From NCBI GenBank assembly GCA_963762115.1, contig CAVXJH010000005.1:64001-128000 (forward strand): DNA of 64,000 bases, in the 5' to 3' direction. Each line of letters opens with the position of its first letter. The first letter of the stretch is position 1. The stretch comes from Candidatus Babeliales bacterium. Lineage in GTDB: Bacteria; Babelota; Babeliae; Babelales; JANWKD01. Made by a program: the position numbers and the translations under genes. Below are positions 1-9,957 of the stretch, one piece after another. The notes below the pieces were generated by a model. The model saw only the letters and a program-made list of their open reading frames with translations, was not told the origin of the DNA and did not search any database.

Positions 1-542
1 CAGATTTTGTTGAGCTACCATCTCAAATGCTCGAAGAATGGTTATTTGATAAAGATATTCTTTCTAATCTGAGTAGTCATTATGTAACGGGAGAAAAATT
101 ATCACCCGATACTCTTGATAAAATTCTTATTTTAAAAAATCTTTCCAATGGAAAATGGATAACCACACAAATACTCTATTCTTTTTTTGCCCTCAAATTA
201 TTTGGTCCTGGCACAGAAAAAGATTCACAAAAAATACTGCAAGAATTACAACAAAAACTTGATAAACATATCTTCAGCGGACCCAATGATCATATGCAAG
301 CTGCATTTCACCATTTAACAGGTTATGGAGCACGATATTATAGTTATGTATGGTCAAAAGTATTTGCGCTTGATATTTTTAATGAAATAAAAAAAGCTGG
401 ATTACTTAATCCTGAAATTGGTAAAAAATATAGTGATACTATTTTGAGTAAAGGAGGCAGCAAAGATCCTGAACTTTTATTAATTGACTTCTTAGGACGA
501 AAACCAAATTCAGAAGCTTTTTTTAAAGATCTTGGCTTATAA
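1..542 (+). CDS. M3A (thimet oligopeptidase-like) metallopeptidase, C-terminal part; gene begins before the window
   Basis: Frame is open from the window start (DFVELPSQMLEEW); HLTGYGARYYSY and GGSKDP...FLGR motifs; paralog of the next two ORFs. Confidence 0.9.
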   Translation, partial: DFVELPSQMLEEWLFDKDILSNLSSHYVTGEKLSPDTLDKILILKNLSNGKWITTQILYSFFALKLFGPGTEKDSQKILQELQQKLDKHIFSGPNDHMQAAFHHLTGYGARYYSYVWSKVFALDIFNEIKKAGLLNPEIGKKYSDTILSKGGSKDPELLLIDFLGRKPNSEAFFKDLGL

Positions 543-559
543 TTAATGAAAGAAAAATC

Positions 560-2629
560 ATGAAAAAAAGGCTCATAGTAATAGTATCTTTAATTATCAT
601 TTTTCCCTGTTGTTTAGAAATAGAATCTTCTAAAGCATTACCTGATGTGGTTAAATCGGTTCATGATGTTGTTGCCTATTTTCCAACAACGAGTCAAGAA
701 ATAAGAAACATATCAAATACCACCCAAAAAGAAGTTGAAGAATTAATTTCCACTATAATCAACACTACCCCAAAAGAATATTCATTTAAAACAACTTTTG
801 GTGTTTTAGATAAAGCTTTCGCTCTTATGTCGCGCACAATCAGTCTTTTTGAAATTATTTTTAAACTTAATCCTGATGAAGTTTTACGCAAAATTGCCGA
901 AGATGAAGCCGTGCGATTACAACAACTATTTGTTGATTTAATAGGCCAAAATAAAAATCTTTATAACACCTTATCGGCATATGCAAATACAACATCAAAA
1001 AATGAAGATCTAACTGATTCACAAAAATATTTCATCAAAGAAACCCTTGAAGCATATAGACGTGAGGGATTAGATTTACCTGACGAAAAGCAGGATTTAG
1101 TTAAAAAAATAAAAAAGGAACTTGCAGATCTCTCGTCACTTTTTGATAAAAATATTAATGATGACATAAGAACAATTAAAGTTTCTCGCGAAGCACTCAA
1201 AGGCATTGATGAAGATTTTATTAACGAACTAAAAAAAACGTCTGAAGGTCTCTATATATTAAATATTGATGAGCCGACTTATTATATCATAATGAAACAA
1301 GGTGAAGATGCTCAAACTCGAAAGAAGCTCTTTGAAGCAGTTTTAAGTCTTGCATTTCCTGCAAATATGCACGTTTTAGAAGAGATTATTGCCAAGAGAA
1401 ATGAACTTGCTCAACTCTTGCATTTTCCAAGCTTTGCTCATTTAGATATCGCGGGCCAAATGGCAAAAACACCAGAAACCGTTGAAGCATTTTTAAAAGG
1501 ATTGTTAGAAAAATCAGCAAAAAAAGCTTCTTTAGAATTTGCTGATTTAACAAAGGAATTACCACCCTCAGTAGTGTTAACCCCTGAAGGCAAATTACAA
1601 CCGTGGGATCGCCAATTTCTAGATAATTGGTATATCAAAAAGCATTATGATATTGATCCCTTTAAAATTGCTGAATATTTTCCCATGGAAAAAACTATTG
1701 AAGGGCTTTTTGATATCTACCAACAATTTTTTGATCTTCATTTTGAACAAGTTCCACTCACAGGCTTATGGGATAAAGAATTGAAACTTCTTGAAGTATA
1801 TAAAGATACTCTATTCTTAGGTTATATTATTCTGGATTTACATCCTCGCGATAATAAACGAAAAAATGCTTTTAATACAACATTAATTCCAGCATTGCGA
1901 ACGCATGATCGGAAGATCAATCCTGCACTTACTCTCGTTAATGCAAATTTTCCTAAAGCTACTGCTACAAAACCTTCATTGTTATTACGAATAGATGTAA
2001 GTACCTTTTTTCATGAGTTTGGTCATGCTTTGCACGCCTTACTTGGTGCAACAGAATTAGAATCGCAATCAGGCACCAATGTTAAAACAGATTTTGTTGA
2101 GTTACCCTCGCAAATGCTAGAAGAATGGTTGTTTGATAAAGATATTCTACATAATTTAAGTAGTCATTATAAAACGGACGAAAAATTATCGACTGATGTC
2201 ATTAATACAATAATTTCTTTAAAAAAACTTAATTCTGGCAAATCAACCATTGATCAACTCATTTATTCATATCTTGCTCTCCGTTATTTTGGTTCTGAAA
2301 AACAAAAAGACACGCAAGACATTCTCAAAAATTTACAAGAAACAATTGATGTTCACACACAATATGATCCCAATGATCATTTCCAAACTTCGTTCAATCA
2401 CTTAACCGGCTATGGTGCAAAATATTACAGTTATTTATGGTCACAAGTATTTGCGCTTGATCTCTTTAATGAAATTAAAAAACAGGGCTTACTCAACCCT
2501 ATCATTGGCAAAAAATATAGTGATACTATTTTGAGTAAAGGAGGCAGCAAAGATCCTGAACTGCTCTTAATTGACTTCTTGGGAAGAAAACCAAACTCTG
2601 ATGCATTCTTTAAAGATCTTGGCTTATAG
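560..2629 (+). CDS. M3A oligopeptidase with N-terminal signal peptide
   Basis: FHEFGHALH zinc motif, DFVELPSQMLE, YYSYLWS; hydrophobic N-terminus. Confidence 0.92.
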   Translation: MKKRLIVIVSLIIIFPCCLEIESSKALPDVVKSVHDVVAYFPTTSQEIRNISNTTQKEVEELISTIINTTPKEYSFKTTFGVLDKAFALMSRTISLFEIIFKLNPDEVLRKIAEDEAVRLQQLFVDLIGQNKNLYNTLSAYANTTSKNEDLTDSQKYFIKETLEAYRREGLDLPDEKQDLVKKIKKELADLSSLFDKNINDDIRTIKVSREALKGIDEDFINELKKTSEGLYILNIDEPTYYIIMKQGEDAQTRKKLFEAVLSLAFPANMHVLEEIIAKRNELAQLLHFPSFAHLDIAGQMAKTPETVEAFLKGLLEKSAKKASLEFADLTKELPPSVVLTPEGKLQPWDRQFLDNWYIKKHYDIDPFKIAEYFPMEKTIEGLFDIYQQFFDLHFEQVPLTGLWDKELKLLEVYKDTLFLGYIILDLHPRDNKRKNAFNTTLIPALRTHDRKINPALTLVNANFPKATATKPSLLLRIDVSTFFHEFGHALHALLGATELESQSGTNVKTDFVELPSQMLEEWLFDKDILHNLSSHYKTDEKLSTDVINTIISLKKLNSGKSTIDQLIYSYLALRYFGSEKQKDTQDILKNLQETIDVHTQYDPNDHFQTSFNHLTGYGAKYYSYLWSQVFALDLFNEIKKQGLLNPIIGKKYSDTILSKGGSKDPELLLIDFLGRKPNSDAFFKDLGL

Positions 2630-2666
2630 TAGATGAAAACGTAGACTAATAATGAAAGAAAAAATC

Positions 2667-4739
2667 ATGAAAACTACCATGAAAGTCCTTACAATTATGT
2701 CACTAATTACCCTCAATGCACACTCAAAAAATACTGGTTATCCCCTTGAAATGCCGTTGATTCAATCAACAGCAGATGTTGTCGCTCTATTTCCCAAAAC
2801 ACCTGATGAAATCAAACAACTATCAGAAAATACTCTGGCAAAGGTACAACAACAGATTCAAATGCTTATAGCATTACCCCTACAAGAATTAACCTATGAT
2901 AACACTTTGCGCGCTCTTGATAGGGCAATGGATACTTTTTCCCGCACCACACAAGCCCTAGAGATCATACTACTACTCAGCCCATTCGAACAGCTTCGCA
3001 CGGCAGCGCAAGAAGAAATCATGAAACTACAATCAGCATCTGTTGATTTATTTAATCAAAATAAAGCGTTATATCATATTGTTGCCCACCATGCACAAAC
3101 ACGCGCCATTACTGAAAAATTATCGCCAGAAGAACGATACTTTGAGCAAGAAACATTAAAAGAATTTATGCGTAATGGCCTTGATCAACCAGATGATAAA
3201 CGTGCAATAACAAGTAAATTACAAAAAGAATTAGCCAACCTCTGTACCACTTTTGATAAAAACATTAATGACGACACAACAACTATCACCGTTTCTCCAG
3301 AAGAATTAGATGGCATTGAACAAGATTTTATCAATAATCTCAAAAAAACTGCCGATGGGAATATAATTCTTGGTGTCGATTATCCCACTTACTATAAGAT
3401 TATAGAACAATGCCATAATCAAGAAACTCGTAAAAAGCTCTATCACGCATTCTCCAATCGTGCTTATCCAGCCAATATTGAAATTTTAGAAAAAATAATT
3501 GCTACTCGAGACAAACTAGCACAACAATTGAACATGAAAAGTTATGCCCACCTTAACATAGCAAGTGAAATGGCAAAATCACCCGATACCGTTGAAGAGT
3601 TTCTTCTTGATTTATGGCAAAAAGCGACACAAAAAGAAATGTTAGAAGTTGAGCAACTTAAAGAGGAATTGCCATCTTCTGTCGAACTTTCTCCTGAAGG
3701 GAAAATACAACCCTGGGATAGATTATACCTTGCTGAGATGTATAAAAAAAGAAACTACAACATTGATGAATATGCTATTGCTGAATATTTCCCCATGGAA
3801 AAAACCGTTGAAGGACTACTCAAAATTTATGAAACGTTTTTTAGTATTACTTTTAAACAAGTTTCACTATCAGGGCTATGGCATGAAGACGTAAGAACTC
3901 TGGAAGTGTATCGCGATAAAACTTTATTAGGATATATCCTACTTGACCTTCATCCACGAGATTTTAAATATGGTCATGCTTGTGAAATCACCGTTGTTCC
4001 TGCATTACTTTCAGAACAAAATGAAATCAAGCCTGCTGTCGTCGTTGTTGTTGCAAATTTCCCCAAAGCATCTGCTCATAAACCCTCGCTCTTATCACGA
4101 TCAGATGTAGGAACATTTTTTCATGAATTTGGCCATGCTTTGCATTCTATTTTAGGCGCAACTCGATTAGCATCACAGTCTGGCACCAACACAAAACATG
4201 ATTTTGTAGAAATGCCTTCTCAAATGCTCGAAGAATGGTTATTGGATAAAGATATTTTACGTAACTTAAGCTCTCATTATCAAACAGATGAAAAATTATC
4301 ACCTGACATCATTGAAACATTGCTACAATTGAAAAATTTTAGTTCAGGCACATGGGTTTCTCGACAAATATTTATATCGCTTTTGGCTCTTGAATATTTC
4401 AAAGCAGGCGCACAAAAAGATACGCAAGCAATCATGAAGCAACTACATGAAAAAACACGGTTATACGATCAATATGATCCAAACAATCATTTCCAAGCAT
4501 CATTTGGCCATTTAACCGGTTATGCAGCTCGTTATTATGGTTATTTGTGGTCAAAAGTATTCGCTCTTGATCTTTTTGACACCATAAAACAACATGGTTT
4601 GCTCGATCCAAAAATTGGCGCTCATTATGCGCAAAGTGTTCTGAGTAAAGGTGGCAGTAAAGATCCTAATGAATTGTTGTTTGATTTCTTAGGAAGAAAT
4701 CCTAATAATGAGGCATTTTTACGCGATTTAGGATTATAA
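2667..4739 (+). CDS. M3A oligopeptidase with signal peptide (ORF track start 2652; 2667 preferred by analogy to the previous junction)
   Basis: FHEFGHALH, DLHPRDFKYGHA, DFVEMPSQMLEEW. Confidence 0.92.
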   Translation: MKTTMKVLTIMSLITLNAHSKNTGYPLEMPLIQSTADVVALFPKTPDEIKQLSENTLAKVQQQIQMLIALPLQELTYDNTLRALDRAMDTFSRTTQALEIILLLSPFEQLRTAAQEEIMKLQSASVDLFNQNKALYHIVAHHAQTRAITEKLSPEERYFEQETLKEFMRNGLDQPDDKRAITSKLQKELANLCTTFDKNINDDTTTITVSPEELDGIEQDFINNLKKTADGNIILGVDYPTYYKIIEQCHNQETRKKLYHAFSNRAYPANIEILEKIIATRDKLAQQLNMKSYAHLNIASEMAKSPDTVEEFLLDLWQKATQKEMLEVEQLKEELPSSVELSPEGKIQPWDRLYLAEMYKKRNYNIDEYAIAEYFPMEKTVEGLLKIYETFFSITFKQVSLSGLWHEDVRTLEVYRDKTLLGYILLDLHPRDFKYGHACEITVVPALLSEQNEIKPAVVVVVANFPKASAHKPSLLSRSDVGTFFHEFGHALHSILGATRLASQSGTNTKHDFVEMPSQMLEEWLLDKDILRNLSSHYQTDEKLSPDIIETLLQLKNFSSGTWVSRQIFISLLALEYFKAGAQKDTQAIMKQLHEKTRLYDQYDPNNHFQASFGHLTGYAARYYGYLWSKVFALDLFDTIKQHGLLDPKIGAHYAQSVLSKGGSKDPNELLFDFLGRNPNNEAFLRDLGL

Positions 4740-4758
4740 AAAAAGAATATAAAAGCAG

Positions 4759-4794
4759 TAGAAGATGCCAACGAACAAGCGTTGGCATCTTCTA
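4759..4794. terminator. Intrinsic terminator between convergent genes
   Basis: 15-bp perfect stem tagaagatgccaacg/cgttggcatcttcta. Confidence 0.75.
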
Positions 4795-4813
4795 TTTTGA
4801 AGGGAGAAATTAT

Positions 4814-5179
4814 CTACCATTGTTCTTCTTGAATAACATCATACAATTCTGGATCTTCATCTTCATTGTAATAGTAGCCACCATCATACAATTCATCAGC
4901 CGCAAGACCCAAACCTAAACCAAGGCCTAATCCAGCACCATAACCATAACCATAGCCACGGCCGCCTCTTCTTCCATAGTAATTTCGATTACCAAAGTTT
5001 CGACCACCACCGCGATTCATACCGCCACTACGCATGCCACCACCACGCATACCGCCACCTCGGCTCATACCACCACCACGCATACCGCCTCCGCCGCCAC
5101 CACGACTTTCAAGCGAAGAAACAACACCCACCATCATTATTAAAAACACAAAAATCGCCTTCAAATACCTATTATTCAT
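4814..5179 (-). CDS. Exported glycine-rich RGG/YG low-complexity protein
   Basis: Signal-like N-terminus, (M-x-R-G-G-G) repeats, YG tract, acidic tail. Confidence 0.7.
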   Translation of the reverse strand: MNNRYLKAIFVFLIMMVGVVSSLESRGGGGGGMRGGGMSRGGGMRGGGMRSGGMNRGGGRNFGNRNYYGRRGGRGYGYGYGAGLGLGLGLGLAADELYDGGYYYNEDEDPELYDVIQEEQW

Positions 5180-5454
5180 ACAAAACCTTTCTTTTTTATC
5201 GAATACAATAACATGCTATTTTGTTATCATGCTGTATCACACACTACGCATTATATAAATAATACAATTTGAAAGCATAATAAATCAATAATTTTGTATT
5301 ATTTTCTTTTTTTTGTTTTTGTAGCGCAAAAAAGACTCATGTTACTCACTGAATAAAATAAACTAAAATTTTTCTAGCAACAGAGAGAAATGTGAGTTAG
5401 GATAAGCATTATACGAAGCTAAAATTCACAAAAATTTCATTTTGATTAACTAAT

Positions 5455-6063
5455 ATGCTAAAAAACTGCGGTATTATATTACGTAATTATTATCCTTATA
5501 AACAAAAAATTAGTCTTTTTGATAAGGAACACGGTCGCATTGAAGCGTGCATTAATAACACGCGTTTCAATAATGCCAATCAACTCAATAATGGCACGAT
5601 ACTCCGTTATCAAATAACCTTATACCCATCACCTTGCAAAATAAATGATTTAGAAATACTTTCTATCCCCTTTGCATTAGCAAAACATGACCTGGTATTT
5701 TTTCATCACATATTAGAACTCAGTTACTATTTTTTACCCCTTGGTGCCTCAGCGCCAGAGACTTTTGATCTTATTATGTATTTATTTAACACAGCATCAC
5801 TTAGCTTTAATAAACAACTTATTCTCTTTCGTTTTTTTATTTCTCTTGGCATGTACCCTGAACATATTCCCTTTGAAAAAAGTTATTTTATTTATTTAGC
5901 TTCACAAAAATTAGATATATTCTTTAAAGAAAAACTTGACGAAATACATCACAAAGTGCTTGAATCGTGGTTATTACAGTGCATTGCAATGCACCCCAAT
6001 AAAAATCAATTTAAAACAATTTCACATGAAAAAAATGTAATGGTGTCCAATGAAAAAATATAA
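5455..6063 (+). CDS. recO: DNA repair protein RecO-like
   Basis: N-terminal GIILR...KISLF.KEHGRI pattern typical of the RecO OB-fold; size fits. Confidence 0.6.
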   Translation: MLKNCGIILRNYYPYKQKISLFDKEHGRIEACINNTRFNNANQLNNGTILRYQITLYPSPCKINDLEILSIPFALAKHDLVFFHHILELSYYFLPLGASAPETFDLIMYLFNTASLSFNKQLILFRFFISLGMYPEHIPFEKSYFIYLASQKLDIFFKEKLDEIHHKVLESWLLQCIAMHPNKNQFKTISHEKNVMVSNEKI

Positions 6064-9000
6064 TCAACTCGTTTTGGCAATACTTATACTCATGCAAGCT
6101 ACACATTTGCAAGGCAGTCTTTTTGATTATTTTAAACTTGCTGTAAAAAAAAATGGGCCCACACAAGCAAAAACACGCTTCCCGCTCGGTATTACTGAAA
6201 AAAAAGAGCAGCTTCAACACTTACAAAATGATTTAACGGAACTACAAAACAATCAAAAAGATTTTTCAGAAAAGACTCAAATTAATCTTGATCAAACAAC
6301 AGCACAAATTAATGAGATAAAACAACTTATTAAAGATTCCCCAGCTTCAGAAGCTGGATTTTTAAATAGAATAATATCAATTCTCAATGAGACATATCAA
6401 ACACTCTTTACTCTACAATTTTCCTCAAAAGAATTATTAAAAATTATTGAACAACATATCACCTTACTAGAAGACTTTTTAAAAGATCCAGAATTCAAAT
6501 CATTAGATCTAAAATTACATTCTTTTTATACCTTCGAAGAACTGCAAGAACTTTCAAGAAGAATTGTCGCACAAGAAGACAAGGTTAAACGCCTCATTGA
6601 ACAAAAAAATGAAGCGCTCGTTGATCTTGATAACCGTAAGCGTAAAATAAACATACTCAATAAAGAATATCAAGAACGCAAAAAAAGACAGGAAGAATTC
6701 AGTTCAAAATCTACAGTGCCCATTGCATCAAATGAAAACCCAGAACTTGATTTTAGACAAGAAGGAAAATTATTAGATGTTGAAGAAACATTTTATCGTT
6801 TTGAAAAGCAATTAGCAGAACTAAAGGTACAAGAAGCAACACGCAAAATAGCTTTTTTTGACACTTCCATTGCTCTTGAATCAGAAAAATTAAAATTATT
6901 AAAAGCACACTTTGCACGTGTTAAAGAGTCTTTGAGAATTGAACCAAAAGATATAAAAGTTGCAAAAGAAAAATTAGAATTACAAAAAAAAGAGTCATTG
7001 AATTTACGTGATGGCTTTTATGATGCTATAAAAAAAGTAACAATTTATCGCGATGGCATCATTAAAGAAATAGAAGCATTAAAAAAAAATTATACAAAAA
7101 TCGATAGCAACACTTTAGGATTAACAGATTGGAGCGTGATTCCAAAAACTATTGATGCTTATACAGCACTTGCTGAACTTGGCTTAAAAAGCTCACAAAT
7201 CACGTTACTTGAAAATAAGATTGAAACATTAAAAGCAAATATTGAAAATGAAAAAATAGCTTTTAAACGCAAAGAAATTGAAGTCGACATTCTCACTTCT
7301 TGGTATAAAATAACGCGTCGTCAATTTAAAACTACTGATGAAATCGATCAAGAACTAAAACGCTATCAAGCATTAGTCACTGAATTATCTCGCGATGAAG
7401 CTGCAGCAAGAGAAAAAACAGCAACAATACAAAATGCTCTGGCGGCACAAAATAAAGCCCTCAGTAATATTAAACTTATTATTGCTGATCTAAAAACACA
7501 AAGAACTAAACTTTTCCGCGGCAATCTTCCTATTTATAACGCAAGTATTGCTCGATTTACCTTGGCAGAAAAAACATTAGAAGAACAAATAGAAGAAAGT
7601 AACCGACTCTTAAAAATTTATACGGCAAATTTAACAACAATCCGCAGCACCAGCCAAGAGTTGGTGAGCATTATTTCTACGCTTGAAAGCAAAAGTATTT
7701 GGCAACGATCTGAGTATGCTATTTCATGGAAAGGTATAAAAAATATTGGTAATGATTTTTCATTATTCTTCAAAGATATTGCTACCCTTGGCTCATTGTA
7801 TATAGCAAATTTTGACGCTCAACATGTAACCAAAATCACCGCACATTTTGGTCATCATCTCATCGATCTCTTTTTATTGATTCTCAAGATTTTGGCACTC
7901 ATTTTTATCTATTTTATGGGAAAAAAATATCTGCCTCAAGCAAGCAATTATTTCATGCGTTTCACTCCAACAAAACGATGGTTATTACTTGCATCGCGAA
8001 CAATAGGGGTCATTCTCAGCTTTATTAATGATTATTTCTTATCAATTTTTTGCTGGTTTGCTTTATTCACGCTCATTTATTTTGATGTAATCATTGACCT
8101 ATTCTTGCAAGTAATGTTTTATTTGCTTTCTATTATTTATTTTATCTATCTTATCAATCGCTTTATTGCCTATATCATTGCTTTTAACAAAGAACACAAC
8201 TCATTATTATTTGGACAACAATTCCAAAAAAGATTCTCTTTTGTATTTTCATGGTTTGGCTATTTAACCGTTATATTACTTTTCTTTCGAGAAGCATTTA
8301 TTTTGGCAACATACCATGCATCTGAATTCCCAACGATTTTATTAGCAACCTATTCAATTATTATCAGAACACTCATTATATTTTCAATTGGCAAAGATGA
8401 AATCATCAGTTTTATACCTTCGCGAGGAGCTGTTTGGCAAGCAGTTGCAGACTTCATTAATCGTTATTATTACCCGCTGTTAATTTTTATTATTATTCTC
8501 ATGATAATCAGTGATTCCTATGTCGGCGGTTATGGCAACCTTGTTTCCTATGTTGTGTGGGGCGTTATTGGCACCATGATCCTCATAAAACTCTTATTAG
8601 TTGGCCAAGATCACTTAAAAAAGAAAGCTTCAAAACTATTTTTTGCAACCGATGAAGAAACAATAAAAGAACGTTTTGTCTATGCAAAAACATGGTATGG
8701 TCTTTTTGTTGTTGGCTTATTTGTTGTTTTTAGCATTATTGGTCTTATTCTTAGTTTGCGTATTTGGGGAAAATCAACCTCATGGCAAGAGATTAGTTAT
8801 ATTCTTAACTATCCACTTTACCCATCAAGCTTTGATGTCGTAACCGGACAACATATCTGGCTTACCCCCATGACAATTTTATCTCTTCTTGGTTTTATTT
8901 GCGCTGGTTTTATTCTTGCATTTACTATAAATCGATTCGTTTTAATTCGTATTTTCCAACTTCTCCCTGTTGATATCGGCATCCAAAATACTGTTTTAAG

Positions 9001-9655
9001 TTTGTCGCGTTATCTCATCGTTATCGCAGCAATTTTTCTTGGCTTTCAATGGGCAAATTTAGGCTGGTTACTCATAGGAATTGGTTTAGTAATCGGTAGT
9101 ATCGGTTACATAGTCAAAGAACCAATAAGTGATTTTATCTCTTATTTTATTATTCTTGTACAACGCCCTCTTAAAATAGGCGACTTGGTTATGGTAAAAA
9201 ATAATTTGGGTGTTGTGCGTCACATCACCCCACGATCGGTAATTATTCGTACAAAAAATAGTTATACCGTCATCGTTCCCAATGCGACTATTATTAATGA
9301 AACAGTACATAATTGGAATTATTCACGAGGATTCATTGCTTTTGATGATATATTTATCACTGTTCCTTATAGTGCTGATCCACTTTTTGTTAAATCAATT
9401 ATTGAAAAAGTTCTTGATGCAAATACAGACCTTCTCAAAAGCCCAAAACCCATCATTCGTTTAGAAAATTTTGGAGAAAATGGCTATGAATTCTTGTTAC
9501 GCGGTTTTTTGAGTAGCAATAAAACATTAGAAATTTGGGATATCGCCAGCAATGTTCGTTTGGCATTAGTACAAGCATTACAAAAAGAAAGTATTTATAT
9601 TGCTCTACCAACACGCTTGATTATTAATGAACAACAAAGGACGATAAAAGAATAA
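6050..9655 (+). CDS. Large MscS-family mechanosensitive channel (MscK-like, long periplasmic coiled coil)
   Basis: C-terminal QRPLKIGDLV...GVVRHITPRS..IRT...IVPN...NW MscS signature; multiple TM segments. Confidence 0.88.
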   Translation: MKKYNQLVLAILILMQATHLQGSLFDYFKLAVKKNGPTQAKTRFPLGITEKKEQLQHLQNDLTELQNNQKDFSEKTQINLDQTTAQINEIKQLIKDSPASEAGFLNRIISILNETYQTLFTLQFSSKELLKIIEQHITLLEDFLKDPEFKSLDLKLHSFYTFEELQELSRRIVAQEDKVKRLIEQKNEALVDLDNRKRKINILNKEYQERKKRQEEFSSKSTVPIASNENPELDFRQEGKLLDVEETFYRFEKQLAELKVQEATRKIAFFDTSIALESEKLKLLKAHFARVKESLRIEPKDIKVAKEKLELQKKESLNLRDGFYDAIKKVTIYRDGIIKEIEALKKNYTKIDSNTLGLTDWSVIPKTIDAYTALAELGLKSSQITLLENKIETLKANIENEKIAFKRKEIEVDILTSWYKITRRQFKTTDEIDQELKRYQALVTELSRDEAAAREKTATIQNALAAQNKALSNIKLIIADLKTQRTKLFRGNLPIYNASIARFTLAEKTLEEQIEESNRLLKIYTANLTTIRSTSQELVSIISTLESKSIWQRSEYAISWKGIKNIGNDFSLFFKDIATLGSLYIANFDAQHVTKITAHFGHHLIDLFLLILKILALIFIYFMGKKYLPQASNYFMRFTPTKRWLLLASRTIGVILSFINDYFLSIFCWFALFTLIYFDVIIDLFLQVMFYLLSIIYFIYLINRFIAYIIAFNKEHNSLLFGQQFQKRFSFVFSWFGYLTVILLFFREAFILATYHASEFPTILLATYSIIIRTLIIFSIGKDEIISFIPSRGAVWQAVADFINRYYYPLLIFIIILMIISDSYVGGYGNLVSYVVWGVIGTMILIKLLLVGQDHLKKKASKLFFATDEETIKERFVYAKTWYGLFVVGLFVVFSIIGLILSLRIWGKSTSWQEISYILNYPLYPSSFDVVTGQHIWLTPMTILSLLGFICAGFILAFTINRFVLIRIFQLLPVDIGIQNTVLSLSRYLIVIAAIFLGFQWANLGWLLIGIGLVIGSIGYIVKEPISDFISYFIILVQRPLKIGDLVMVKNNLGVVRHITPRSVIIRTKNSYTVIVPNATIINETVHNWNYSRGFIAFDDIFITVPYSADPLFVKSIIEKVLDANTDLLKSPKPIIRLENFGENGYEFLLRGFLSSNKTLEIWDIASNVRLALVQALQKESIYIALPTRLIINEQQRTIKE

Positions 9656-9874
9656 TTAATGCTTCTTTTTGCCTTCGGTTAATTCTTTAATTTTTTCAAG
9701 CCAACCAAGTTTTATGCAACCGTATAAAATAAGGCACAAGGCACCGCCTATAACAAAAAGATTTAACCATCTTTGAAAAAAATTAAAGGCATATAAAAGA
9801 ATTAAAATACCTGAAACAATACAGATTATACCTTTTTGTGCATCTGATAATGAACGGAAATGAAAAGCCATCAC
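9656..9874 (-). CDS. Small two-TM membrane protein
   Basis: Two hydrophobic helices; aggag RBS upstream. Confidence 0.65.
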   Translation of the reverse strand: MMAFHFRSLSDAQKGIICIVSGILILLYAFNFFQRWLNLFVIGGALCLILYGCIKLGWLEKIKELTEGKKKH

Positions 9875-9957
9875 TCACTCCTTTTTTAATAGTTAATTAA
9901 CTCTTATTTTTTATACTATAAAAGAAGTCAGTAACTATTTTCAATATTCTTACTATG

